Positions 39,649 through 49,653 of a stretch of 64,000 nucleotides of DNA are shown here, in pieces (the stretch's first letter is position 1; every line of letters starts with the position of its first letter). Source of the DNA: an uncultured Bacillota bacterium (GTDB lineage Bacteria; Bacillota_I; Bacilli_A; RF39; UBA660); NCBI GenBank assembly GCA_948466255.1, contig CAOJZV010000007.1, positions 563 through 64,562 of the forward strand, written 5' to 3'. The translations under genes were made by a program, and so were the position numbers. The notes beneath the pieces are model-generated. The model was not told the origin of the DNA, searched no databases, and was given only the letters and a program-made list of their open reading frames with translations.

Positions 39649-41151
39649 CTAATATAACAGCAAATATAATTTGTCGTTATCAAAAACTAATTGTTTCTTA
39701 TCAAATTCATCATAATTTTTGCCTTTAAAATATTTTTCATAATCTTTTGTAGACATTTTCTTGAATATATATTTATTTTCAGTATAAACTGGAAATGCAC
39801 AATTCATAGCCCAATCAACAGCTAAAAGTCTAATGTTAGCACCATTATGAGCGACAAAATTCTCATAGTAATAAGCTACACTAAGATCTTTTGCTATGTA
39901 TATTTCTTTTACTTTGTTATGACTTTTATTTTCATATTGTTTTATTTCCTGATTAATAGTTTCTATATATTTTATATCTTCTTTATATCTTTTAATATTA
40001 ATACTTGTATTTTGATTGATAGAATAAGAAAAAAATATTAAAACAATAAACGCCAGTGTCAATATAACGTAATCAAACTTAACATCAAAATATATTAAAA
40101 ACAATAATAATATACTAGGAAAGCACCCTAAAGTTAATGCCATTCTTGCTGCAGTATAATTAACATCTCCCATAAATAAATTTGGTATAAAAGGCATCAT
40201 GATATTTGCAAGTATTAAAATAATTAAAAAATATGTATTTCTTTTTTTGCTTTCATTTTTTAATATTTTATAAATAATTAAAACAAAAATAATTAATGTT
40301 ATTAAATAATAAATTTTTACATTAATAAATCCAAACAAATATTTAAATGAAGTAGGCATTAAATCACCAATCACAACTGAAACGCTATTAAAAATATTCA
40401 ATTCAATTGTTTTTGATAATGATCTATGCAATATAGAAGATATAATCTTAATCACACAATAATTAGAAATAAAGCTAATTCCATACATTAATATACCTAT
40501 TCCTATTTTTTTCATACTTTCAAATATTGTTATTTCTTTATTAGTAAACATAAGCAATATTAGGAGTGGAAAAAAATAAACTGCAACACCTTGATAACAT
40601 AAAACTGCCAAAATCATTAATATTAAACTTAAAAAATAATTAGCAATTCCTCCTTGTTTTTTCAAAAGTCTGCAAACACTTAAAGTCATTAACAAAATAC
40701 CTAATGAAATAATAAAACTTTCATCTAAAATTAAAACTTCCGTAAATAGTGGATTATAAAACAATGTTAATAAAGCAATAAGCAAAACTAATTTCTTATA
40801 TTTTTCTTTTAAATCAAGAATGTTCTGAAATACAGTATATAGTTTTACAATTGTAAATGCTAAAAAAATATTAGTAAAAATTGCAGAAATAAAATTAAGT
40901 GAATCAAAAGGAAAATGAATAAGATTGAATATATAAAATGCTAACGCACTAAATACCCTACCATTTTGCAAAAACAAAAGCGCTGTATTAAAAAAACCAC
41001 CGTGCATAGTACAATAACCATCTAATGTACGGGCATTAGCAAAAGATGGAAAAGTGATTATAATTCCCAAACCTAATATTACAAAAAATAAAATTAAATA
41101 CTGTTTTTTCATATTTTGCCTACTCTCTTTTATTTTTTTATTGATTGGCAT
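39649..41151 (-). CDS. Polytopic membrane protein, about 490-500 aa, with a C-terminal soluble domain; candidate GtrII/GT-C-like glycosyltransferase
   Basis: About 11 TM helices followed by a hydrophilic tail of about 110 aa. The start may be the ATG at 41112. Confidence 0.35.
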   Translation of the reverse strand: MPINKKIKESRQNMKKQYLILFFVILGLGIIITFPSFANARTLDGYCTMHGGFFNTALLFLQNGRVFSALAFYIFNLIHFPFDSLNFISAIFTNIFLAFTIVKLYTVFQNILDLKEKYKKLVLLIALLTLFYNPLFTEVLILDESFIISLGILLMTLSVCRLLKKQGGIANYFLSLILMILAVLCYQGVAVYFFPLLILLMFTNKEITIFESMKKIGIGILMYGISFISNYCVIKIISSILHRSLSKTIELNIFNSVSVVIGDLMPTSFKYLFGFINVKIYYLITLIIFVLIIYKILKNESKKRNTYFLIILILANIMMPFIPNLFMGDVNYTAARMALTLGCFPSILLLFLIYFDVKFDYVILTLAFIVLIFFSYSINQNTSINIKRYKEDIKYIETINQEIKQYENKSHNKVKEIYIAKDLSVAYYYENFVAHNGANIRLLAVDWAMNCAFPVYTENKYIFKKMSTKDYEKYFKGKNYDEFDKKQLVFDNDKLYLLLY

Positions 41152-42080
41152 ATTTTTATAATATCATATTTTTTAAAGTAAAACAATTTCATTAATAGTT
41201 TTTCTTTAAAAGTATTATTTTTTAGATACTTATTTTTATTCCATTTAGGAAATTTACTTTTAACAAACAAAGAAATTTTATCAATTTGATCATATTTTTG
41301 ATATTGATAAAAATTCAAAGATCCAAGTAAAAGGAAATGGTAAACAATTAAATATTCCAATTCTTCATCAACGCCGCAGCTATTTAAATTATCATATAAA
41401 TAATCTACTGCTACAAAAATATCTTCAAATTTTTCTTTATATTCAGTTGTTCTCATAGTAGAGACATCACTATGCACATAGTGCAAAAAAGCCTCATTTA
41501 AATAATAAATTTTTGGAAAAAATTTTACAAGAGTCGGTATAGATGCGAAATCTTCATAAATTATTCCTTCAGGAAAAGTAAAATGATTATTTGTTAAAAA
41601 TTCATGTTTATAAATTTTCATCCATGGTGCAACTCCAGAAAACATATATTCTTTTATTGATATTTCACCCGATTTTTTATTTGGTAAAATTTTGTTATAA
41701 GTATCAATACCATCTTTATTAATAAAATAATCAGCACATACAATATCATAATTATTCTCTTTTGCAGCATTATACATTTTTTCACACATATCTAATTCAG
41801 GATAATCATCACTATCAACAAAGAATATATACTCTCCACAGGCTTTGTTCAAACCAAAATTTCTTGCACTGGCTTGCCCGCCATTTTTTTTATTATATAA
41901 TTTTATATTAGGATTTTTTACCATTTTCTGTTTAATTATTTCTTCACTACCATCAGTAGAACCATCATTAACAACAATTATCTCAATATCTTTTAGCGTT
42001 TGATTGCACAATGCATCTAAGCATTTATCAAGATACTTTTCAGAATTATATACTGGCACAATAATACTAACTTTTTTCAT
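41130..42080 (-). CDS. Family 2 glycosyltransferase
   Basis: MKKVSIIVPVYNSEKYL...VNDGSTDGS...DSDDY. Confidence 0.85.
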   Translation of the reverse strand: MKKVSIIVPVYNSEKYLDKCLDALCNQTLKDIEIIVVNDGSTDGSEEIIKQKMVKNPNIKLYNKKNGGQASARNFGLNKACGEYIFFVDSDDYPELDMCEKMYNAAKENNYDIVCADYFINKDGIDTYNKILPNKKSGEISIKEYMFSGVAPWMKIYKHEFLTNNHFTFPEGIIYEDFASIPTLVKFFPKIYYLNEAFLHYVHSDVSTMRTTEYKEKFEDIFVAVDYLYDNLNSCGVDEELEYLIVYHFLLLGSLNFYQYQKYDQIDKISLFVKSKFPKWNKNKYLKNNTFKEKLLMKLFYFKKYDIIKICQSIKK

Positions 42081-42970
42081 CTTTTTTCTCCTTCAATATA
42101 AGCATAAATTTTATCGACAATATTCTTATCTACTTTAGAATTAAATTTTCTTGCAAAAAACCTATTACTATTTATAATTTTGTTATAATCAGATTCTTTA
42201 AAAATATAAGGATTTCCTCTTTCCCAATCAATGAAACGTTTACTACCATTATAATCATTATCAATTTTAGAATAAACTTTTTCGTAAAATTTTGAATTAT
42301 ATACTAAAGTTTGTATAAATAATTCATCTGCACAATAACTATTTTTAAAATATTTTTTAATAAATGCTTTGTTTTGTAAAATATAACCAACAAGTTCATC
42401 AGTGATGCTTACCCAATTAGAACCCTTCCTAATTTCAAAGGGAACTTTCCTTTTTATATTCTTACTTTTCTGAAAATTTATTATTCTAGAATGTAGCGAA
42501 CAGGAAATTTTATGAATAATTCTATTTTTACTTCTAAAATTATTCGTAAAAAAATGATAATAATTTATCCTTTCCTCAGCGCTTTCCATTACTTTGTTAT
42601 GATTATCAAAAGTAATAAACTCATATCCCTTATTTTTTTCAAAAAATTCATAAATCTCTTTAGAGGGTTTTATGATTAAATCAATACCAGAAAGCAAATG
42701 ATAATAAGTATAATGCTTTTTATAAGCTTCAGTGAATAAAATCAATTCACTTTGAATTTGTTTATAACTACCCCACCTAACATCAATTCGTTTAGTAAAA
42801 TAAACAGAACTTTTTTTAGCTAAATTTTTATAATAATTAAAATCAAAGTCTTTTACTTTTTTATCAATATGAATATATATATCATTGACCTCATTATCAA
42901 TCATTTTAATTAAATGTTCCAAAATATAAAAATCATCATGTGCCTGTATTAAATAAGCATGTTTATTCAT
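42077..42970 (-). CDS. GT14 (core-2/I-branching, 'Branch' domain) beta-1,6-GlcNAc-transferase-like protein
   Basis: N-terminus KHAYLIQAHDDFYILEHLIKMID...IYIHIDKK and the later GSNWVSIT are typical of the bacterial Branch-domain family. Start at the ATG after GGAGG. Confidence 0.6.
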   Translation of the reverse strand: MNKHAYLIQAHDDFYILEHLIKMIDNEVNDIYIHIDKKVKDFDFNYYKNLAKKSSVYFTKRIDVRWGSYKQIQSELILFTEAYKKHYTYYHLLSGIDLIIKPSKEIYEFFEKNKGYEFITFDNHNKVMESAEERINYYHFFTNNFRSKNRIIHKISCSLHSRIINFQKSKNIKRKVPFEIRKGSNWVSITDELVGYILQNKAFIKKYFKNSYCADELFIQTLVYNSKFYEKVYSKIDNDYNGSKRFIDWERGNPYIFKESDYNKIINSNRFFARKFNSKVDKNIVDKIYAYIEGEKR

Positions 42971-42981
42971 AACTGCCTCCA

Positions 42982-43932
42982 TTATTTAAAGTTTTTTATA
43001 TAAAATTTATAAATTTTAGGGTTAGTAACTAATATCTTTTTAAAAAATGGAATATTATAACGTTTTTTCCAACCATTAAAATTACTATTCAAAAATATAA
43101 TACTTTCGTCGATAAAATTAAATAAACTAATTTTATCTTCAACTTTCAATGTCTGATAAATAACTGAATAAATTCTATACACACAAAACTCTTCAAAAGA
43201 ATCGTGCAATATATTTTTAAATCCATTTTTACTTATATTCTCATTAAGCTGTTTTAAAATTTTAAGCATATCAAAATTTCTTTTATCATTCGTTTTTGTT
43301 TCACCATTATCATTAATATAATAATAATATAATTTTTCACTAACTTTTACAGTTTTAGAAGATTTTAGTAAAGCTGTAAAAACAGGTACTAAATCTTCAA
43401 ATTTTAAATTGGATAAAAACTTATTATCATCAAATAAAATTTTTTTAAATAATTTAGTACACGGCCCAAATTCTAAATTGTTAATTATACTTGGGTTGTT
43501 TTTCAAATCTAAAACTTCAATATCATCACTTATGTTGACCACTTCACCGATAACGCCATCGTCATTAGTACGATAAAAATCACAAATAGCCATATCAGCA
43601 TCATTAGATTTTAATGAATTGTACATTTTTTCAAACATAGTAACATCAACATAATCATCACTATCAACAAAACCAATATAGTCCCCTTTTGCAAGTTCTA
43701 ACCCTTTATTACGAGTCATGCCAATCCCATGATTTTCCCATGAAAAATTAACTATTTTATTTCCATATTCCAAAGCATATTTATCAATTATTTTTTGACT
43801 ATCATCTGTTGAACCATCATTTAAAACAATTATTTCAATATCATCTAATGTTTGGTTAACAAGAGAATTTAAACATTTATCTAAATTAGCAGAAGCATTA
43901 TACACAGGGACAATTATACTAACTTTAGGCAT
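42982..43932 (-). CDS. Family 2 glycosyltransferase
   Basis: MPKVSIIVPVYNASANL...LNDGSTDDS...DSDDY. Confidence 0.85.
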   Translation of the reverse strand: MPKVSIIVPVYNASANLDKCLNSLVNQTLDDIEIIVLNDGSTDDSQKIIDKYALEYGNKIVNFSWENHGIGMTRNKGLELAKGDYIGFVDSDDYVDVTMFEKMYNSLKSNDADMAICDFYRTNDDGVIGEVVNISDDIEVLDLKNNPSIINNLEFGPCTKLFKKILFDDNKFLSNLKFEDLVPVFTALLKSSKTVKVSEKLYYYYINDNGETKTNDKRNFDMLKILKQLNENISKNGFKNILHDSFEEFCVYRIYSVIYQTLKVEDKISLFNFIDESIIFLNSNFNGWKKRYNIPFFKKILVTNPKIYKFYIKNFK

Positions 43933-45460
43933 TTTTAGGACCTCTTTTCCTTTTTATCATACTCATAATTCTATTTTTAATATCTCTATAAGAATTATCA
44001 TTGCGATATACAATAAAAATAAATAAAATCGGAACAACTAAACTAACAACTAAACTAACAATTAAATTTAAAACAACATTAGAAATAAAAATTAATTTTA
44101 ATATCCAAACAGAACATATAATTGCTAAAACAATAATAATAAATTGTTTCGCAAATTCTTTGAAATATTTAAAAACATTTTCTTTAAAAATATGTTTATA
44201 AACAATAATTGGTTTTATGATTAAAGGTAATAAAGTACTTACGGCCGTTCCAATAAACACCCCGATTAATCCAATTTTTATAGCTAAATATACACTAAGA
44301 ATTAAATTAATTATTGATTGAATTAGCGGAACATAGCGATCATTACGATAAAGTCCGCTAGCTGTCTGCATCGTTATAACCGCATTGTTCATACCATTTA
44401 AATAAAAATTTAAAACAATTATATATACTATTGACATTCCTAATACGAACCTAGCACCGAATACCCAATCAATAAAAGGTGTAAATAAATTTATAAAACA
44501 TACAGAACTTATTCCAAATAACACAAAACTAATAAAATTCATTTCATCAAAAACTTTCAAGCTTTTCTTTCCATCATCAGAAGCAATTAAATTACCAAAA
44601 CTAGCAATAACATTGCCAAATAAAACTTGAATAAAAGAATTAATCATGTTGATAATTAAAACATAGTTTGAATAAATACCAACAGCTACAATACCAATAA
44701 ATTTAGAAATGACAATATTATCAGTAGCTGTTAAAACGTACGTACCAATTTTATGTAACATAAGTGCTCTCACATTACCAAAAATAGTATTAAATTCTTT
44801 TTTATCCAAATGTAAATTTCTAAGATTCTCTTTCAATAATGGATATTGTTTATTAATATAGTGATTAACCGATAGATTTTCACCAATTATACATACAGTT
44901 TGAATCAATAAATATATAATATAGTTATGAAAAACTAATAAAACAATTATTTGTAAAATAGTAGTTAAAAAATTAAAAATCATTACAATTGGCATTATTT
45001 TATAATTTTTTTGATCAGCCGAAATTAAAGTTCTTTTATAAGAAAATAAATAGCCGATGACCATATTTCCTAAGAAAATTAAATAAATTAATGTTAAATT
45101 TTCAATCCCACTAGTATCTTTTATAAACCATGGTAAAAATGGTATTAAAACTAATCCCAAAGCCAAAACAACTAAAGCAATTATTCTATACGCTTTTTGA
45201 TAAAAACGCATTAAAGTTTTTATTTTATCTTTATTATTATGAGCTAAAGGCTTATATAAGCTATAACTAATTGCAGTAGAAATACCAAGTTCACTTAAAG
45301 CTAATAAACCTAAAACATTAGAAAGTAAGCCATTAACCCCAAGATATATTTCTCCTAAAACTTTAATAAATATAATACGAGAAATAAATCTAAGTATATT
45401 AATTAATAAATTATTAGCAAAATTACCTAACACATTTTTTAAAGAATTCAAAGTACGCAT
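43925..45460 (-). CDS. wzx: Wzx-type oligosaccharide flippase (MOP superfamily)
   Basis: 511 aa with about 14 TM helices. The N-terminus LKNVLGNFANNLLINILRFISRIIFIKVLG is typical of polysaccharide flippases. Confidence 0.75.
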   Translation of the reverse strand: MRTLNSLKNVLGNFANNLLINILRFISRIIFIKVLGEIYLGVNGLLSNVLGLLALSELGISTAISYSLYKPLAHNNKDKIKTLMRFYQKAYRIIALVVLALGLVLIPFLPWFIKDTSGIENLTLIYLIFLGNMVIGYLFSYKRTLISADQKNYKIMPIVMIFNFLTTILQIIVLLVFHNYIIYLLIQTVCIIGENLSVNHYINKQYPLLKENLRNLHLDKKEFNTIFGNVRALMLHKIGTYVLTATDNIVISKFIGIVAVGIYSNYVLIINMINSFIQVLFGNVIASFGNLIASDDGKKSLKVFDEMNFISFVLFGISSVCFINLFTPFIDWVFGARFVLGMSIVYIIVLNFYLNGMNNAVITMQTASGLYRNDRYVPLIQSIINLILSVYLAIKIGLIGVFIGTAVSTLLPLIIKPIIVYKHIFKENVFKYFKEFAKQFIIIVLAIICSVWILKLIFISNVVLNLIVSLVVSLVVPILFIFIVYRNDNSYRDIKNRIMSMIKRKRGPKNA

Positions 45461-45545
45461 AAATCACCATCTTTTTCCTTTTTATTATCCTTTAATATTA
45501 TACCTTAATACAAAAAAAAAGTAAAACAAAAAACTAATCAAAAGA

Positions 45546-48545
45546 TTAGTTTTCAAAAATATCATACCCTAAATCAAAGTCAACATTGCCTTTTATTCCA
45601 TTAACATATCCTTTAGAAGTAAATTGCCAGTATTGAAAATCTGTTGTTTTATAGAAATCATAATCAGATGATGGCACGAAAGATTTTGCCTCTTCAAAAC
45701 TCATTCCACTTTGATATGGATATTGGGCAAGCCAAATAACATAATTTTTACTTATTTCTTTAGCATCCAAATATGTAGTTAGCCACATCTTATTAGCATA
45801 TACTCCGCATGGATATTTGTTATCTTCAATTTTCTTGCAGAATGTATTTGCCATTGATGTTAAAGTATATTTCCCCTTATTAGGATCAATCCCTATACTT
45901 TCCATATCAATAAATACTTGCGTCCCTAAATTAGGCTTATAACCAAGTTGATTTATATCATTCAACAATTTCAATGCAAGCTTCGCTTCACTTTCAGCAC
46001 TTTTTTTATCTCCATATACAAAATCAGCATATGAGAATATATAAAGAGCATAAGGAATATTATATTTTTCACAATTTGCAACATATTCGCGGAATTTTGA
46101 ATCTTCCTTTTGCCCGCTATCAGTTTCATAACCAGCTCTTATAATTACAAATCCAATTGCGCTATCTGAAACTTTTTGCCAATCAATATTTCCTTGATGA
46201 TATGAAATATCAATACCAGTATATATTTTTTTGTTGGTATTTTCTACTAATTTAAACTTTTGTGATTCTTTATTATTATCCTGGTATGTATAAACATTTG
46301 CGTTATTTAAAGCAGCATTTCCATCAATATCTAAATATAAACTATTTACTTTAGAAATAAACGAAACAAGTCCATTACCTACATCTTTCAACATCCATTG
46401 TTGATTATCTGCACCAGTACATTTATCAATTTGGACATTTGTTTTATTATTAAGTCCAGAATCTTTAACGCTCATGCAAATTCTTGGATTCATAGAGCTA
46501 GTAATTGAATAATAGCCATTATTTAAATATTTTAAATACCAAGTTTGCGCAACTGATGAATTAGAATGATATATTTGAATATTCGTACCATTTTGTTTTC
46601 TACCTGCAGCAACATCTAATGCTTTTGAAGTATTTAGTGAGCTAAATATATAATAATAGCCATCCTCATAAGAACGTTGAGTAGTATTGACAGTAGTTTC
46701 TTTAAATACAAATTTTTGAGCATTTCCATCGTTACCTTTATACATTTGTATATTTGTTCCTTCAATAGCATTTCCATTTGTGACGTCAACAAATAGATTA
46801 TTATTTTGTGCAATTAAAGAATAAGAACCATTGCCCGCATATTTAATATACCATTTCTGAGCGGAGGAATTGTTTGAAGCATAAATTTGAACATTTGTCC
46901 CATTATTTTTACCACCATTTGCAACATCTAATACTTTATTAGAATTAGCAGCAGAGGAAATTTTATAATATCCATTTTTAATATGTTCAACATGCCATTT
47001 TTGATTATTAGCATCGCTTATAGAATTTAATTGGACATTTCCCCAATTAACAGCTAGTTCTTTATCCAAACCAATTGCTAAATTTTGATTTAATACAGAA
47101 TTAATAGTATATATTCCACTATTTAATTTTTGCATTTCAATTTTATTAAATTTAAATTTTTGGGCTTTTGACCCATTATTACGATATAATTGAATATTTG
47201 TCTCATTAGTCGTTCTAGCATCATAAACATCAACGTACAAATTATTAGCTTGTGAAATTATATTATAAAATCCATCTCCAGTATCCTTAATTATCCATTT
47301 TTGAGCAGAACTACCATTATTGTTATATATTTGAATATTAGCACCATTAAAACTATCACCATTCATTACGTCAAGTGATTTATTATCATTTAAATATGAG
47401 GTAATAGAATAGTATCCATTGTTTAAATATTTAACGTTCCAAATTTGACTCCACAATTCTAAATTATCATATAATTGAACATTACTCCAGTTATTATCAT
47501 TACCTCCAGCAATATCTAATACTTTATTATTATTTAAGGAACTAGATATAGTATATGTGCCCTCTTCTATTGCATGTTCCCCATCTATAAATTCTATAAA
47601 TTTAAATTTTTGGGCCTTTGATCCGTTACCATGATATAATTGAATATTTGTTTCATTAGCTGTTCTAGCGTCATAAACATCAACATATAAGTTATCAATT
47701 TGTGAAATTATATTATAAAATCCATCTCCAGTATCCTTAATTATCCATTTTTGAGCAGAACTACCATTATTGTTATATATTTGAATATTAGCACCATTAA
47801 AACTATCACCATTCATTACGTCAAGTGATTTATTATCATTTAAATATGAGGTAATAGAATAGTATCCATTGTTTAAATATTTAACGTTCCAAATTTGACT
47901 CCACAATTCTAAATTATCATATAATTGAACATTACTCCAGTTATTATCATTACCTCCAGCAATATCTAATACTTTATTATTGTTTAAAGAACTAGAAATA
48001 ATATAAGAACCATCTTTAATTGATTGTTTACCATCAATAAGCTCTATAAGTTTAAATTTTTGGGCTTTTGACCCATTTCCTTTATATAGCTGAATATCGG
48101 TTCCATTATCTTTTTTTGCTTCACGAACATCCAAATAAAGGTTATTACATTTAGAAATAATATAATAATAGCCATTCCCTGCATATTTAATAAGCCATTT
48201 TTGAGCATCACTCTTATTAGAAGAATAAATTTGGGCAGCAGTTTCATTTTTTTTACCTGCATCTCTAACATCTAGCACTTTATTATCAGAAAGTACTGTT
48301 GTTATAGTATAATAATTGCCCCCTATATGGGTCACTTTCCATTTTTGAGCATCAACGTTATTCCAATCGTAAAGTTGTATACGAGTTTTATTATTTGTAC
48401 TCCCCCCTCTAACATCTAAAACTTTATTAGAATCTAAGGCACTTTGAATTTTATAAATACCTTCAGAAATAGTAGCCGCTTTTGCTTCACCAAAACCTAA
48501 AAATAAAAATGTAAAAAACAAAACAATACATATTATCTTTTTCAT
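45546..48545 (-). CDS. Secreted cell-wall hydrolase: signal peptide, five ricin-B-type beta-trefoil lectin modules and a C-terminal GH25 muramidase
   Basis: Signal peptide MKKIICIVLFFTFLFLGFGEAKA after RBS AGGAGG. Fifteen QxW/QxF motifs with about 50-aa spacing, which gives five trefoils of about 150 aa. The GH25 domain starts at YTGIDISYHQGNIDWQKV...GFVIIRAGY. Confidence 0.85.
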   Translation of the reverse strand: MKKIICIVLFFTFLFLGFGEAKAATISEGIYKIQSALDSNKVLDVRGGSTNNKTRIQLYDWNNVDAQKWKVTHIGGNYYTITTVLSDNKVLDVRDAGKKNETAAQIYSSNKSDAQKWLIKYAGNGYYYIISKCNNLYLDVREAKKDNGTDIQLYKGNGSKAQKFKLIELIDGKQSIKDGSYIISSSLNNNKVLDIAGGNDNNWSNVQLYDNLELWSQIWNVKYLNNGYYSITSYLNDNKSLDVMNGDSFNGANIQIYNNNGSSAQKWIIKDTGDGFYNIISQIDNLYVDVYDARTANETNIQLYHGNGSKAQKFKFIEFIDGEHAIEEGTYTISSSLNNNKVLDIAGGNDNNWSNVQLYDNLELWSQIWNVKYLNNGYYSITSYLNDNKSLDVMNGDSFNGANIQIYNNNGSSAQKWIIKDTGDGFYNIISQANNLYVDVYDARTTNETNIQLYRNNGSKAQKFKFNKIEMQKLNSGIYTINSVLNQNLAIGLDKELAVNWGNVQLNSISDANNQKWHVEHIKNGYYKISSAANSNKVLDVANGGKNNGTNVQIYASNNSSAQKWYIKYAGNGSYSLIAQNNNLFVDVTNGNAIEGTNIQMYKGNDGNAQKFVFKETTVNTTQRSYEDGYYYIFSSLNTSKALDVAAGRKQNGTNIQIYHSNSSVAQTWYLKYLNNGYYSITSSMNPRICMSVKDSGLNNKTNVQIDKCTGADNQQWMLKDVGNGLVSFISKVNSLYLDIDGNAALNNANVYTYQDNNKESQKFKLVENTNKKIYTGIDISYHQGNIDWQKVSDSAIGFVIIRAGYETDSGQKEDSKFREYVANCEKYNIPYALYIFSYADFVYGDKKSAESEAKLALKLLNDINQLGYKPNLGTQVFIDMESIGIDPNKGKYTLTSMANTFCKKIEDNKYPCGVYANKMWLTTYLDAKEISKNYVIWLAQYPYQSGMSFEEAKSFVPSSDYDFYKTTDFQYWQFTSKGYVNGIKGNVDFDLGYDIFEN
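47251..47981. repeat. Tandem 450-bp intragenic duplication; 281 bp are identical between 47251-47531 and 47701-47981
   Basis: Compared base by base across the two stretches. The identity ends at 47532/47982 and decays upstream of 47250/47700. Confidence 0.95.
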
Positions 48546-48641
48546 ACTACAAACCTCCTGTACAGTAACATAATTATACCAAATAAAGCACAATATTTCC
48601 ACCCTACATTAATTAAAAATTTAAATTTTATCAAAATAAAA

Positions 48642-48666
48642 AATTAGGGAAATTTATTCCCTAATT
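48642..48666 (-). terminator. Terminator after spoIVB
   Basis: AATTAGGGAA-ATTTA-TTCCCTAATT, a perfect 10-bp stem with a T-rich tract on the - strand. It overlaps the spoIVB stop codon. Confidence 0.6.
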
Positions 48667-49653
48667 TTCTGCTTCTTCTAACATGTTAGTTATAAATATA
48701 CCATATCCTTTATGTGGATTATCAACAACAACATGAGTTACAGCACCAATAATGTAATCTCCCTGAACAATTGGCGATCCACTCATACCTTGAATAATCC
48801 CATTAGTTTTGTCTAATAAATCTTTATCTGTTATTTCAAAAACAAAGTTTTTATTTTTTTGTTCTTTTTTATTTATTTTAGTTATATTTATTTCGTATTC
48901 TTTAATTTCCTTTCCATCAAGCACTGTTAAAATTTTAGCTTTACCAGTTTTAATATCAGATGGTTTAGCTACTTTATATGTTTCTCTATCTGGTATTTCA
49001 TTAGTATAAGTTCCAAAAATCCCTTGAGTTGTATTTTCAGCTACATCACCAGTGGTTTTAGATGCATCATATTTAGCTTGTTTCTCACCAGGATTACCGT
49101 CAGAACTTGGTATAACACCAGTTACCGTTGAATCAAAGATTTTACCATCTTTAATTTCTAATAACTTACCAGTCGTTTGTTCTTGTATCTCATGACCTAA
49201 AGCTCCAAATAGTTTAGTGCCCGGATCTATAAAAGTTAAAGTTCCAATTCCAGTTACACTATCTTTTACATAAAGCCCTGTTTTATAAACATCATTTTCG
49301 TCTTTAGATAATTTTAAAGTAGCGGTTTGTTTTTTACCGTTACGCATATATCCAACACTTACACTTCCATCACTAGAATCATTTATTTTAGACGCCATAT
49401 CTTCAATATTATTAACTTCTTTTTTATTAACTTCAGTTATAACATCTCCAGTTTTAAGTCCGGCTTCAGTTGCGGGATTTTTACCATCAACATCATAAAC
49501 ACCTACTATAAGTACACCGTCAGAATTTAAAGTAATACCAATATTTTCCCCACCAACAATAATTTTGTCAGAATATGCTAAAGCATTTATGGGTATAATA
49601 AAAAATGATAAAAGAAGCATGATGACAGTTTTTTTAAAATTTTTAAAAAACAA
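48661..49653 (-). CDS. spoIVB: SpoIVB peptidase (S55 sporulation signalling protease)
   Basis: Signal/TM segment, PDZ domain (GLKTGDVITEVN) and S55 catalytic region GIIQGMSGSPIVQGDYIIGAVTHV. Confidence 0.8.
   Translation of the reverse strand: MFFKNFKKTVIMLLLSFFIIPINALAYSDKIIVGGENIGITLNSDGVLIVGVYDVDGKNPATEAGLKTGDVITEVNKKEVNNIEDMASKINDSSDGSVSVGYMRNGKKQTATLKLSKDENDVYKTGLYVKDSVTGIGTLTFIDPGTKLFGALGHEIQEQTTGKLLEIKDGKIFDSTVTGVIPSSDGNPGEKQAKYDASKTTGDVAENTTQGIFGTYTNEIPDRETYKVAKPSDIKTGKAKILTVLDGKEIKEYEINITKINKKEQKNKNFVFEITDKDLLDKTNGIIQGMSGSPIVQGDYIIGAVTHVVVDNPHKGYGIFITNMLEEAEN

Noticed and set aside
23752-48602. The glycan region as a horizontally acquired island bounded by mobile elements.
   Set aside because: No transposase, integrase or tRNA gene was found, and composition looks the same to the eye as the flanks. 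mnmA and spoIIM sit inside it. Strain variability is still plausible but cannot be judged from one sequence.
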